Shown: positions 17,381 through 30,893, numbered from the stretch's first letter. The stretch: DNA of 32,000 nt from Candidatus Saccharimonadota bacterium (GCA_963706795.1 OY970170.1:930001-962000); one strand, 5' to 3'. Notes: generated from the letters alone by a model not told the origin. Translations and numbers: made by a program.

Positions 17381-20300
17381 TCTCCGTGTGTTCAAGACAT
17401 GAGCTCTATGACCTTGTTAGCAGCTCATGGGAATCCGCGTTTTGTGAGATTTTGAGGTTGAGGTACGAGCGCTGGAGTCTGAATTTCTGGTTTATGAAAG
17501 GCGAAGCCCTGTCAGAGTAGACCGAGAATATTTGCCATCCAAATTTCTGAGTGATGATGGGGCTCAAGACGCTCCATAGTGCATTTGATTCAGCGTTTAC
17601 GACAACTAATGATCGTATTGAGGAATACTCGCACATTATCACCTTCATTGAGATGAGCTGATCCATCTTCAGCTTCTTTGAGGGCTTTATCGAGCATTGC
17701 GAGCGTGATTTGATCATCTCGCAGAGTTTCTCCGGTTGCTCTAAAATGCGCATCGATGATACTCATACAGATGACGGCAAGCACGCTGAGTGATGGTACA
17801 TATACTTCGTCGAATTTCAGTCCATCGCCTTCTCCATAGAGCCATTCAGGTGTATCATCGACATTGTCGAGTACATACGGGATCGCAGGCTTATCTATGA
17901 GATAGAGCGATTTTAAGAGATTGAAAAGATCGATATAGTTTTTGGCTGGGCCAAAGTCATCCATGGCGATATGTCCGCCAGCTTTTTTCCATGTACGAAT
18001 AGCTTTGAGTGTCGTAGGATCGAGTGTATCTCATTTGCCATCAGCCTGAGGTACGACTTTAAGACCGGCAATTTCGAGGATTTCGAGCGTGACCATACTT
18101 GGTGGAACCTCAAGTCGCTTCAAAAGATCGAGAAGCCAAGGTATTAGCTTACCTAGTTGTTTAAATTCAGCCCGAAATTCATCTCCACGAGTATTGAATC
18201 AGTAGGGTAATCCAAGTTTCTTTCCCTCGATACATGCTAGCTCCATAATCTGTCTCGAAACAGGATGGTACATTTCCAAAAGATCCAAGAATTGGAAAAC
18301 TTCACTCAGTGGAAGCACTTCTCCCGTGAGTGGATCTTTAAAGCGTGCGAGCATCTCAGCTTCACAGGCAATACTTTTTACCTCAGAACCATCTACTTTG
18401 ATAATCTTGTGTTTTTCTTGGTAGACGATGGTGATACCGGTGTTTTTTGGTTCATCAAGAAAGACTCGACGGTAGAGCGCGTAGCGATCAATATGGATGA
18501 ATCGTTCATTGTGCTTGTGTGGACTCTCCTGACGCAATTTTTCGAGCTGCTCAGAAGTTTTCATTCGGACGAATTCTTCGGGGATTGAAGCCTGGAGAAT
18601 GAACTCGTGGATGTGTTTTGCAACAACCTCAATGAGAAGGATGCGGATTTTTTCGTGCTGGACAGGAATTCCATTTTTTTGAGCGAGGATATCACTCTCA
18701 ATGATGGTTGTATTTTCGGCTGGATGCTCAATAAAACCTGAGTAACCAAAGCCGATTTTTTCGCTCGATCTGAGGGCATCACCAAGTTTTTGAGTGCTGT
18801 GTTCTCCGATCGTAACAATCACTGCGCCGTTATAAACGTCAGATATAGCCTTTGCGAGACGATTTAAAAATACAGTCGTATTTGCATGATTCACCTCGTT
18901 TTGTTCGAGCATCTGTGCTCGTATCTCTCATGCAATACGGTCGATCTTGGATCGTATACGTTCTTCGTAACCTCTAAATTCTGCACTGTCTGTGAGACTT
19001 CTAAATCCAGCATTAGGATATCGCTCTGGTGGAAGATCAGGGAAGTTACCGTAGTCGTCGCGGCGGTCGTATCTAAATTCTTCAAAATACTGACGTAAAA
19101 ACGGCGCTCCAGTTTGAATAACCGCTTTTTTACGCACGTCGTTTTTTTCGGCTCAAAGGAGTTTTATTCCTTTGATAAAGCGCAGAATAGTAGGTGTATT
19201 CGTCAGAAGTCTACTCTCTGGAAAATGCAGAGCATGCAGATTGGCGAGTCGGATGCTGATGAGTCCGACGAGGTCAATATGAATAGGGTGGTGTGGAAGC
19301 TGCGACAAATAGGCATCAAGATGTTTGAGTGTCTCTTTCATGCCGTACGCAGTTTCGTAACTCGCATACTCATATCGACGGAGTATCTCCTCAATGGCGA
19401 GCAAAATATATGACTGACAATTGTCCATGTCATGATACCTGTATGCGTCACCCGTATTGCCAAGAAGATTTTTAAGAATCACTTCTAATTGCTCTACTGG
19501 CACACTTCCCTCAGGCAGGTACTTAAAAGTATGTACAAACGCATCGAGCTCGGCTTGATCGGCTGCCTCGAGTCCACCGGACCTGATTTCATGAGGGTTA
19601 TATCGAGGAAGTATCGCAAAAAAATCTGACAGAGCAGTGTGATCTATTCCTTCAAGTTCCATCTCCGGAGAATCTTCGCTTTTTTGTACTCGGCCTCAGT
19701 GAATCATATGAAAAATACGACTCATTACCTCTCTTGCTTCGGTCTTTTTATCTGTGCTCGTTTTTTCAGAGCGCAGAATATTTTGTGCAAGACGGAAAGA
19801 AAGGGTCATTTTATGAGCACTTTCTTGTGTGTTTACAGCTCCAATCTGCTCTAAAAGCAGGCTATTTGATTGCCATAGATCGGTTTCGAGTCCTTCGTGC
19901 CATTCTGTGAGGTAGGCCTTGTAATTATTGATAAAATTATGCCTGATACGAATCCCGAGCGATGTTCATAATGGACTGAGACTTGAGTGTTCGATTTGGT
20001 CTGTAAGCCCCAGGACAGTGTCGTAGATTGCGCGAATTTCTTGTTTTGCAAACGGATCCGGTAGGCGAGTCTCGATAAAATTGATAATACACGAGAAGAG
20101 CTTGCTGATCTTGCCGTAGATAACCTGTTGTTTTACAACATTTGCACCATGTATTTCTCAGAGTGCCTCTCGGATGAAACGAGCAAATACATATTCGCCT
20201 TCGATTTTTGTGAATATTTTTCACTCTGGACATCCAATCAGCCACGCCTTAAAGGCTATGATATTGCGACTGTCATTGGATGCGCTGTGCTTGCGAGAAA

Positions 20301-20565
20301 GATCCGTATCTTGACTCATCCACTCGAGGATTTTTTGTTCGTGTACCAAATCAAAATCCGGATGCATTTCTCTCAAGGGGCTGATTTGCTTCTCTGTTCA
20401 GAGGAAGACAGCATCTTCAAGTTCCGCGATAGCACTCAAAAATTGCGGATCACTCACTTCTTTTTCGGCAAGTGTTTTGAGAATATGGTCGGACTTGTGT
20501 CATGTGACTCACTCGAGGGCCGGTGTTTCTGCCTCAAGTAAGAAGGAGGAATTCACGTAATTCAT
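17377..20565 (-). CDS. Large (about 1062 aa) multidomain protein with a C-terminal EAL-like (c-di-GMP phosphodiesterase family) domain
   Basis: A single frame is open from ATG 20563-20565 to TAG 17377-17379 with about 16 TGA read as Gly. It joins track ORFs 19153..19662, 18928..19137, 18199..18912 and 17590..17964, all in one frame. The EAL-family pattern reads: ..IVYQEKHKII..ACEAEMLARFKDPLTGEVLPLSEVFQFL.., ..VTLEILE.., ..GGHIAMDDFGPAKNYIDLFNLLKSLYLIDK.., ..MERLE.....LGLLGQGFAFHKPE. The N-terminal 600 aa are unassigned, and the start codon is uncertain. Confidence 0.65.
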
Positions 20566-20617
20566 GCGCGTATAGTATTGGTATTTTTCTATATGCAAAA
20601 AAGTCGGTGTATGAAGT

Positions 20618-20646
20618 TTGACATGAACTTGAATTTATATTCTAAT
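20618..20646 (+). promoter_or_regulatory. Candidate sigma70-type promoter (TTGACA, 17-nt spacer, TCTAAT)
   Basis: A perfect -35 TTGACA at 20618-20623, an exact 17-nt spacer, and TCTAAT at 20641-20646. It points at no annotated CDS. Confidence 0.45.
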
Positions 20647-20652
20647 ATCACC

Positions 20653-20750
20653 AGACAATGTCCTTGTCGTATCATTATTTTAGTGCCATGGGTTGCTAGT
20701 AAAAATACCTCACGTAATGTGATTAAAAGCCAGCTAAGCTGGCTTTTTTT
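20653..20750 (+). ncRNA. Candidate small transcript of about 95 nt (promoter-to-terminator unit); function unknown
   Basis: It is bounded by the promoter above and by a hairpin at 20728-20744 with a 7-T run on the plus strand. It contains a small hairpin gacaa/ttgtc (20654-20668). Its only ORF is a 13-codon micro-ORF without an SD. This call rests on sequence alone. Confidence 0.3.
20725..20750. terminator. Intrinsic terminator hairpin shared by rnr (minus strand) and the candidate plus-strand transcript
   Basis: A palindrome agccagc-taa-gctggct, with TTTTTTT on the plus side and TTTT on the minus side. It directly abuts the rnr TAA at 20749-20751. Confidence 0.7.
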
Positions 20751-22587
20751 ATGTGTCTAAACGGACCAAATCAACTCGTCTGAGTCGGATATCAACGGAT
20801 TCGAGTCGTACAGTAATTTTGTCTCCGACTGTGATCTTAAGGCGCTTCCCATTTTTGGAGATTGCTGCAAATCCCTCGATGCTTGGCATAAATTCTACGA
20901 AATAGCCGTTTTCCATCACTGTTGAGACTACTCCTATGTAGGTTTTGCCAATGTGTGGCGTGAGATATTGGCAAATCTTGAGATCGCGGAAATCGTACTC
21001 AAGATGCTCGGCTCTTCGCTCGAGCGTAGAAGTAGTCCGTGCAACCTTTGGCATGAGATTAGCAAACCGAGCTCGTTCACCCTGATTAAGGTCTCGGTGG
21101 AGCTCGTGCTTGATCATCCTGTGGATTTGGAGATCTGGATATCGTCTGATCGGCGAAGTAAAGTGGCTATACGCACGAAGTGCAAGTCCAAAATGGCCAA
21201 GACATTTCTCACTATAGAGCGCTTTACTCATGGCTGTAAGCAAAGGTTTCGTCGAATATCCCTCCGGATCTTTGAGACGAAGCGCCTCGACAGCCTGCTG
21301 AATATCTTTTGGTAGAATTTTATTAGGCTTCTCAGTATTGAATGGCACACCAAATGCCTCAAAAGTATCACGAAGACGCTTTACTCCTTCGTCTGTCGGC
21401 ATATCGTGGACTCGATAGAGAAATGGAAGCTTTTTTGCAATACTCCACTTTGCGACTTCTTCGTTCGCAATCACCATAAATGCTTCGATCAGATCGTGTG
21501 CATCAAGATGCTCTTTTGGCACGATTGCCGTGATTCTTCCGTTAGTTATCACGAGCTTTGTTTCACGAGAAGGGAAGGCGATTTTTCACTCTGCACGACG
21601 TCGAACATCGAGGACAGCTTTGAGATTCCATGCATGCACGAGCATCTTTTGTACTTCTGTTGGAAGTGTGGGCGATGTGCCAGTATTTCTTGCATCTTGG
21701 ACTTCTTCGTAGGTTGCTCGGTGAGCGGTTTCGACCATGCTTTCGTAAATGTGTGTGCTCAGTACTTGTCCATTTTTGGCGATATGCATATCGACCGAGA
21801 GACAAAATTTTACCGAACCTGGTTGCAGGGAGCACAGCTCATTTGAGAGCTCTTTTGGAAGCATCGGTATAACGCGATCAGCGAGATAGATACTGGTTGA
21901 ACGTTTGAGGGCTTCGCGATCCAGGAGGCTTCATTCGGTGACATATTCTGCTACGTCAGCGATATGAACAGAGAGCATGTGGCCCTGCTCTGTTGGGGTA
22001 ACTTCGATCGCATCATCAAGGTCTTTGGCGTCTGATCCGTCGATTGTTACAATCGTGCGTCCTCTGAGATCTTTTCGCTCTGGCTGTGGCTCAGGTGTAC
22101 GAAGCGACTGGGCTTCTCGCTCGATCTTTGTGCTAAATTTTACTGGCACGCCACTTGTCGCAATGAGGAGATTTTCTTCAAATAACTCATCGGATGCCTG
22201 CCCAATATTCGTAGTCAAAATACCGTATGTCTCGGGTCCAGTTCATTGAATCTCGACTCCAATAGTTGTCCCAGCTTTAGGGAAGGGCATATGTGCTTCC
22301 GCGATTCGGAGGATTCGACTTGCTGGAGCAAAAAGCGTGACTATTGGAATATTTTTTGAATACGAAAAAGTTCCGAACTTTGGACTCTCGGAGCGTTTTT
22401 CGATGCGCACGATTCGTGCTTCTCATCGGTCGTCTTTGGAAGCAAGTCTATGGAACATGACTTCGTCTCCATCAAAGGCTCATCGCGCTTTTGAACCATG
22501 AACAAATATCGTGGATCCGTCCACCAATTCGATGAAGCCAAAATTCCCGTTTGCCTGCTTAAATATGCCGATTTCTGATTTTTTCAC
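20749..22587 (-). CDS. rnr: Ribonuclease R (RNase II/R family: cold-shock-like N-terminus, RNB domain, S1 domain)
   Basis: The frame joins track ORFs 21931..22218, 21586..21864 and 20749..21552 through TGA codons. Sequence features are GNFGFIELVDGSTIFVH (CSD-like), TIDGSDAKDLDDAIEV (RNB motif I), HFGLALRAYSHFTSPIRRYPDLQIHR, and a C-terminal S1-like GKTYIGVVSTVMENGYFVEF. It ends in TAA at 20749-20751. The frame has no ATG here, so I used GTG at 22585-22587; TTG at 22603-22605 is an alternative. Confidence 0.85.
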
Positions 22588-22610
22588 GCTGCAGAGTATA
22601 TCCAAAAAGC

Positions 22611-23306
22611 CTACTTTCGGATATTTTTTGCCAAAAAAGCCGCGCAAACACCCGCAGTTTCTGTGCGAAGTATGCGAGAACCGAGGCTTATAGACACTGT
22701 TTTTTGCTCGCTAAAAATCTTTAATTCTACATCTGACCAACCTCCCTCAGGTCCGATAAAAATTGCGCATTCCTTCATATTTTGATCGATCATGCTTCAA
22801 AAAGCGGGCGACTCATTCGTATCCGTTACAAAACTCGGTATCTCGAGTTTTGGCATTTTTGACTCAAAAAATATCTCAGGAATCGTATCGCCTCCACACT
22901 GTTCGACTGCCTCTTTTGCAATCTCTAGAAGCCGTGGTTTTTTCTTCTCCAAAAGCGCAAGTGGCTGAGATCGGTCAGCAGGGAAGAATATAAATTTTTC
23001 CACTCAGACTTCGGTGCATTTTTGGATGATATATTCCAATTTCTCAATCTTATTTGGAAGTGCTTGACACAGGGTGATTTGCACATCCGAAGACTTCGTT
23101 TTTTGAATTGAATCCTTGCGTGCCAAGATAATCTCCGACTTCGTAATGGCTTCTATTTCATAGATCTCATCCACAAAATTCCCCACAAAAAAAATGCACT
23201 GATCGCCCTTCTGCATCCGAAGCACGCGCGAAATCTGATGATGCGCATTTGGGTCACTAAGCGTGAGTTTCGCTCCAAGATGTTCTGTTGTGTAAAATCT
23301 CTGCAT
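22611..23306 (-). CDS. rsmE: 16S rRNA (uracil1498-N3)-methyltransferase
   Basis: The CDS runs from ATG 23304-23306 to TAG 22611-22613. It joins three track ORFs through TGA at 23004-23006 and 22797-22799. Sequence: MQRFY....HHQISRVLRMQKGD...; C-terminal IGPEGGWSDVE...LGSRILRTETAG. Confidence 0.85.
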
Positions 23307-23349
23307 GTGTGGAGTATATCCGAAGAGTGTTTGGGTAGAAATTTTGTAT

Positions 23350-23382
23350 AAAAAAACTCCCCAGATCGTGAGATCGGGGGAG
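23350..23382 (-). terminator. Intrinsic terminator (minus strand)
   Basis: Hairpin ctcccc.gatc-gtga-gatc.ggggag (23357-23382). On the minus strand it is followed by TTTTTTT (the complement of 23350-23356). It lies 10 nt after the TAA at 23393-23395. Confidence 0.8.
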
Positions 23383-23392
23383 GGTACTACAC

Positions 23393-23884
23393 TTACGCTG
23401 CTATGCGATAAGTAGTATTATTAGCAAGCTGAGCTTCGCTGATATGATACTCATACGCACACACGAGCCCTTCAAGCTGCGATACTTCTGCAGTTTTGGA
23501 GAGTTCTTTCGTAAGGTTTGTAAAGAAACTGCCACTATAGCGCTGGAGTAGCTCCAGAATTATAGATGACTGTATTTCGACATCCGTCAGTCCGAAAGGC
23601 ACGGTGACCGTTACGTAGAAAGAGTCGAGACATACAGTTGGAGTGTCAATGTACACAAATGCTGTGACAGTGTGCTCCAATTCAGCTTCTTCACCTTTGA
23701 AGCCAAGTTTGAATGATAACTCACGACCATTCTTGGATACATTTTCAGGTATCCTATGCTCTACACCCAAAGGAATATAGTGCTCTAGGAAATGCTGAAG
23801 TGTATACAGTAGGTTGGTCGAGGGTATATCACGCTGCTTGGCAGAGCCAGGTGGTCCAGTTTCTGGTACCAAGGATAGCCCCAT
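23393..23884 (-). CDS. Hypothetical protein (163 aa)
   Basis: I prefer ATG 23882-23884 over the track's TTG at 23941 because AAGGAG lies 7 nt upstream (the complement of 23892-23897). It ends in TAA at 23393-23395. I recognise no family. Confidence 0.55.
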   Translation of the reverse strand: MGLSLVPETGPPGSAKQRDIPSTNLLYTLQHFLEHYIPLGVEHRIPENVSKNGRELSFKLGFKGEEAELEHTVTAFVYIDTPTVCLDSFYVTVTVPFGLTDVEIQSSIILELLQRYSGSFFTNLTKELSKTAEVSQLEGLVCAYEYHISEAQLANNTTYRIAA

Positions 23885-24099
23885 TTGTATTCTCCTTTTT
23901 TTGGTTAATCGGAGAGATGCTTTTGAAGAAATTTGCTTCAAAAATACCCCAGTTCAACATTTGAAATTAGTAATGAAGAACTATAAGAACTTTTAGCCGG
24001 AAAAGTTTTTTTGTCAAAGCACTGGAGTTATTTATGTAATGTTGGCAAGCAAATAGAAGTCTTATCAAATTGACTTTTAGCAATAAATTAAGACTATAG

Positions 24100-24954
24100 A
24101 TGCATATGGACAATATCTTGTTTCTCGCTCCGCAGAACAATGAACTACCTAAAAATGGTAGTAGTCTTGCGGATGCTAATCTTGATAAAGTGAAGACCAG
24201 CGTAGCTCAGATATATAATCTGAATGCATTTCAAAACAAAAAGGCTGAGTCAGAAATTCAGGAAGTTGATGGTAGTAATCTTGATATTAAGAGACGAAGT
24301 CTTGAGACAACGCGTATTTCAGAAGAAGATAGGCCAAATGAGAAGCTTCTTGTTTGATCTGCAAAAGGTCTTTTTAAAGGTGATCAATCTTTGCAATTTG
24401 CAATGCGTCTAAATATGACTGCCGTCGCAAATGATGATGCAGATCGTTTTTTGCGATCACCACGTATGCAAAACGGAGTAATTATGGCGCGTGCAAGTGG
24501 TGCTGAAATTCTTGCCGAAGAATTCTTCGCGGTTCTTGATGAGAAAAAAGAAAAGTATTTAAATTGGATCAGTGATTTCTCTAGTCGGATCGATAAGTCT
24601 GGTGAAAAAACACAGCAGCAAATTATTACGCTCGTTAATAAGCTTAAAGTTATTGTTAGTCAGATCGAAAAGATTGATCGTAAAAGTTTCAAAGCTGCAC
24701 TTTACTCGACAGCAAATACTCTTATCAGTAAGAATCCTGAAGGTGATAAGCTAGCTGATTTTAAGGATGTACAACAATTTAGGCAGATTATTGGCATAAA
24801 TAGTGACCATGAATTTCAGTTACTACCACCTGAAATGCAATCAATGATTACAGACTTTCAGATGTATACGCAAGTTTACCTTCTCGACTTTGTACCTGGT
24901 AAGAAGAAGTCTGCTGCAAAGCCACAGCTTACAGTTGTAAATGCTGTAAAGTAA
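24100..24954 (+). CDS. Hypothetical protein (284 aa)
   Basis: Track ORFs 24100..24357 and 24391..24954 share a frame and are joined by TGA at 24355-24357. It ends in TAA at 24952-24954. The start is ATG 24100 or ATG 24106. A TTGACT at 24070-24075 lies upstream. Confidence 0.55.
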
Positions 24955-24960
24955 CATTAA

Positions 24961-24988
24961 AAAAACAGTTGGATCCAACTGTTTTTTT
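24961..24988 (+). terminator. Intrinsic terminator
   Basis: A perfect palindrome aacagttg-gatc-caactgtt followed by TTTTTTT. Confidence 0.85.
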
Positions 24989-25070
24989 AAATGGGTACTA
25001 TCTGTAAAAGTGGTAACGCTATATTAGTAATATCTTCTCCAAGGTCTGCGCGAGGCTCGTCAGATCCTTG

Positions 25071-25098
25071 AAAAAATAGATCCCTCCAGGATCTATTT
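25071..25098 (-). terminator. Probable intrinsic terminator overlapping the stop codon of the upstream minus-strand gene
   Basis: A 10-bp stem aaatagatcc/ggatctattt (25074-25083 with 25089-25098). The minus-strand T tract is short after the stem. Confidence 0.5.
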
Positions 25099-26526
25099 TA
25101 TTATCTTCCTCGAAAATATCCCCCCATCAAAATACGACGCCTTCTTTGAAAAGCTCTCAAAGTTTTCCCAGATAACATTTTGGCTGGTTCATTCGTAGTA
25201 ACCAACTTTGAGGAGGTCTCCGTTTTTGGAGAGTTCGGCTCCGACGAGGATGCCGGTGTGTTCTCAGATATAGCCGGTGCGTGTCTGGCCATCGGGTGTT
25301 CGCCAGTCTATTTTGCTGAATCCTTTTTTGGGATCGTCGGAGAGCACATACCAGAATAGAATAGGTTCTGATTCGTAGAGGCTCCAGAGTATATTAAAGG
25401 CGTTTGGCGTATCGATGTAGGCTTCGTATCCGTAGTTGTTCAGTTCTTTGTTTACGATGGGTAGTGCGCCTTTGGGATGTATGCCGTAGCCTGTGAGTTT
25501 GTTGATGTTAATGCTTTGGACTCAGCGAACTTTTCAGACAAATACTTTGTCAGGATCACTCCATTTGCGTACGGAGATGCCATTTTCTTTGACGAGTTCG
25601 GGTGGTGATTCGTCTTTGGGAAGAAGGGCGAAAACGTCGTTTTCGTTAGTGCGAGCTACTCCGGCTCGACCGCGGTAGTAATTGAAGAAGTCAGTCATGG
25701 AATTTGCTTCACATGAGAGGCTCTCAAGTTGTTTGGTGTGCTTGAGTGTGTCTTTGAGATAGATACGAGAAGTTTTGCGATTTTTGAAGCTGATATTTGC
25801 GGTGATATATGCCTTGGTATAGGCGGTTTCAGCACCGAGACCTTCTATGAGAATTGCTTTGCGCATGGTTCTGAGGTCTGCGTCACTCCAGGGTTTGAGT
25901 CCGATGGTAGCAAATACCTGCTTCATAGTATTTGGCGCAAGAATCGCCCCAGTACTTGCGGTAATACCTTTTTCGGAAGCGACCATGAGGCGCATCGTTT
26001 CCTTGGAGATAGCGCCGGTGGTTGTGTTTTCGCCGTGGGATTTTCAGGCGATATACACATAAGATTTAAATACCTCAGAAGTTGGATCAATAGTCGCACC
26101 GCTGAGCATTTGTGCTTCGATTATATTGCGATACCTGGGAGTTGGTTCGGCCTTGATATCATCTGATGTGATTTTTGTGTACGCAGCCTTGTAGGTTTCA
26201 CTCCCATTTTTAGCAAAGAGCTTTTCGGCGATTTCTCGTAGGTGCTTTTTGTAGAAGAGAGAAATAGCACGATCGAGCTTAATGCGAGAACGAGTGAGTT
26301 CGAGTTCGCTTCCTCACTGGTTTATGAGGGCCTTAGTTTCTGCGATAATCTCGAGGATATTGTCTGGATTTTCGGTGGTTTTTTGCTCGAGTTCCGTGAG
26401 GATGGGATTGGGTTTTGATGCTGCTGGCGAGCTATTGCTTGCAAGGCTGGCGCCCAAAAAATAGGCTCCAAGTGAAAAGGAGCAGAGTGTGACAAAAAAT
26501 AGTGCGATCTTCTTCATGGTCGGCAT
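25093..26526 (-). CDS. Hypothetical secreted protein (about 477 aa) with an N-terminal signal peptide
   Basis: The frame runs from ATG 26524-26526 to TAG 25093-25095. It joins track ORFs 26314..26526 and 25534..25995 through seven in-frame TGA codons (26314, 26044, 25534, 25522, 25264 and 25189 verified by hand). The signal-like N-terminus is MKKIALFFVTLCSFSLGAYFLGA. I recognise no family. Confidence 0.6.
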
Positions 26527-26593
26527 TATAGAGGCAAAACCTCCTTCTCAAATCTTTTGTGGCCTTTTTGCGAGTTTTTCGTACTATTTCGTC

Positions 26594-28660
<2,067 letters not shown>

Positions 28661-28662
28661 AT

Positions 28663-28689
28663 AAAAAGACTCGCAATGCGAGTCTTTTT
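28663..28689. terminator. Bidirectional intrinsic terminator
   Basis: Stem aaaagactcgc/gcgagtctttt lies between the convergent stops of ligA (28658-28660) and the minus-strand gene (28691-28693). Confidence 0.8.
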
Positions 28690-28690
28690 A

Positions 28691-29731
28691 TTATGGATGT
28701 ACAGATTGAGATTTTGGATCAATTGGTTTGAGCGTGAGCTTTTTTGGAACTTCGGTTGGATGAAGCTTGAGAAGATCATCGACTTCACGATTCCTTGCTG
28801 ATTGGAGTCGAGCAAGACTGTCTGCGATAGCTTTTTCCTCTCGAGCCTTATCTGCAGGTGTTGAGACGAGACCTGATTTAGTGTCTTTTGAGTTAGCTTG
28901 ATCCTTTTTGGAATCGGCGGTAGATGATTTTGTATTTTCTCCGTACGCCCATGTGCTGAGTGCGCGGAGCGTTGTAGGACCAAATTCACCATCTTCTTTT
29001 GCTCCGACTTCTGCCTGGAACGCCTTGATATTCTTTTCGGTTGGATGGAGTAAGATGTCCATGAGATAATCTTTTTTGCTGTCGTTTGCCGATGTATTCA
29101 CTGCCTTTGTGATTTCGGAGAAGTGTTCATCTACGAACTTCGCTGATCGCTTTTCTTTTTTATTGAGATTCAGTGTAGTTTCTGGAGCTTTAGCTGTCTC
29201 TGAAATAAGCTTTGCGGTAGCAACACCATTCTGGGCAATAAGCTCATCTACACTGTTTTTTGGTGCTGGCATGTCGACGATTTCTTCTTTTGGCTCCCGA
29301 GATACAGAGGTAGACAATGAAGCTGGCTGGCCCTTAAGACCAAGCAAATGTTTGTTTGCCTCTGCAAGAAGCACGATATCATTGCGAGATCCTGTTTTGA
29401 TCTTGCTTAGTTCGCCTTGATAGCTTGCGATCACAGTATCGATTTCTGCTTCTTTCCCTCGCCAATAGTTGTCATGTGCGAGCTGTTCTCCACCAGAAAA
29501 ATGCTTGTACTGAGCGGTTGCTTCAGCATGAAGCACCTGCTTAAATTTTGCGACTGATTCTTTGTTGATCTCGGAGAGGAGTTTAATCTCTGCATGAGAG
29601 AGGCGTGCATCGGGATTGCCTGCCTTGATTTGACCAATCGTCTCAAAAAGGTCAGCAACCTGGCGAGCCTTGATGTCGAGTTCTTTTGTATTTGCAGCGG
29701 GAGCAGCGTTCTCTAGGTTTGATGAAGACAT
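28691..29731 (-). CDS. Hypothetical protein with a PG-binding-like segment near the C-terminus
   Basis: I prefer ATG 29729-29731 (MSSSNLENAAP..) over the track's TTG at 29770. It ends in TAA at 28691-28693. The segment IKAFQAEVGAKEDGEFGPTTLRALSTWA resembles the PG_binding_1 core (DG.fG..T..Al..fq). The rest looks like Lys/Glu-rich coiled coil. Confidence 0.55.
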   Translation of the reverse strand: MSSSNLENAAPAANTKELDIKARQVADLFETIGQIKAGNPDARLSHAEIKLLSEINKESVAKFKQVLHAEATAQYKHFSGGEQLAHDNYWRGKEAEIDTVIASYQGELSKIKTGSRNDIVLLAEANKHLLGLKGQPASLSTSVSREPKEEIVDMPAPKNSVDELIAQNGVATAKLISETAKAPETTLNLNKKEKRSAKFVDEHFSEITKAVNTSANDSKKDYLMDILLHPTEKNIKAFQAEVGAKEDGEFGPTTLRALSTWAYGENTKSSTADSKKDQANSKDTKSGLVSTPADKAREEKAIADSLARLQSARNREVDDLLKLHPTEVPKKLTLKPIDPKSQSVHP

Positions 29732-29778
29732 GAAAATGAAGTTATGCCCCAAGATTACGCTATGCTTCAAATGCTGTC

Positions 29779-29820
29779 AAAAAAACAAACCCTTCCAAAC
29801 TGTACAATCTGGAAGGGTTT
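29779..29820 (-). terminator. Intrinsic terminator after mraY
   Basis: An 11-bp stem aaacccttcca/tggaagggttt (29787-29797 with 29810-29820). On the minus strand it is followed by gTTTTTTT. Confidence 0.8.
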
Positions 29821-29831
29821 GGCGCAATATA

Positions 29832-30893
29832 TTAATGTGATATCAGGAGGCTCACTACGAGGCCAATAGCCGAGAGAATCATACCAATGAGCCAAAATCG
29901 CATGACGACGGTTTCTTCGTTCCAGCCGATTGCTTCGAGATGATGATGGAAGGGGGCAATCTTAAAGACTTTTTTACCTTTCCGAAGCTTCTTGGATGTA
30001 AGCTGGATAATAACAGACAGGATTTCAAGAATATATACCCCAGAAATAATAAGTAGCACAATGAGCGTATTTGTCATCATTGCGATGATTGCGAGATTAG
30101 CTCAGAGCGCCAGGGCTCACACATCTCACATATAAAACTTAGCAGGCTTGATATTAAACCAGAGGAATGCAATGAGTCCGCCGACAATGATCATACAGAG
30201 TGCAGCAAGGATCATGAGCCCACGATTGTAGCAAATGAATGCGTAGACCGCGTAATTAAATAAGAGAAGTCCACCTGCAAGTCCATCGAGTCCATCGGTG
30301 ATATTTACCGCATTTGCCATCGACACGATGATGAGCATGAAAATAGGAATATACCAAAAACCAACATCGAGATCTCCCAAAAATGGAAGTCGTACATTGG
30401 TATATCCGAGCTTTACATAAAACCAATACGCTCCGAGTCCTGCAAAAATGAGCAGAAGTATCATCTTTACGCGAGCAGAAAGTCCTTTGGTACGACCGAT
30501 ACCGAGGATATTCATATAGTCATCTACGAGTCCGATACCGCCTACTGCTAGGATTGTAAAGAGTGAGAGATAGGTCTCATTACGATTCCAGAGGGAATAC
30601 CGAATAGATACGCCGAGGTATTCTTTGATCTCTGGTGCAAAATAGAGAAATACGACCGAGAGAATAACGAGCAAAAACACCGAAAAAAATACGATGGCCA
30701 TACCCATAGTGGGAGTTCACTCTTTGACTTTGTGGAGTTTGGCAAATTCGGTGGCCTTTCCCATGAGAGCGTCTTGGCGAATAGTCTTGCCGAGCTTATA
30801 TTTCCAAAGGAGTCGGAGATATGGCGGGATCAAGAAAAATGTCAGCAAGAATGCGACAATTACGTATGACGTCAGGAATATCAGATTTCACAT
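29832..30893 (-). CDS. mraY: Phospho-N-acetylmuramoyl-pentapeptide transferase
   Basis: The CDS runs from ATG 30891-30893 to TAA 29832-29834. Sequence: ..KLGKTIRQDALMGKATEFAKLHKVKEGTPTMGMAI.., ..VNITDGLDGLAGG.., and FYM-G-DV-G-ALAL-G-ANL. In the last motif all three Gly of the conserved GDxGSxxLG are TGA (30126-30128, 30117-30119 and 30102-30104). It also has PFHHHLE. Confidence 0.92.

Noticed and set aside
18199-18912. A degenerate GGDEF domain immediately upstream of the EAL-like domain (for example VIVTIGEHST as a GGDEF-like site).
   Set aside because: The surrounding sequence does not follow the GGDEF-family pattern (no D.LTGL.NR, no DiD.FK..ND). The resemblance is limited to a few residues.
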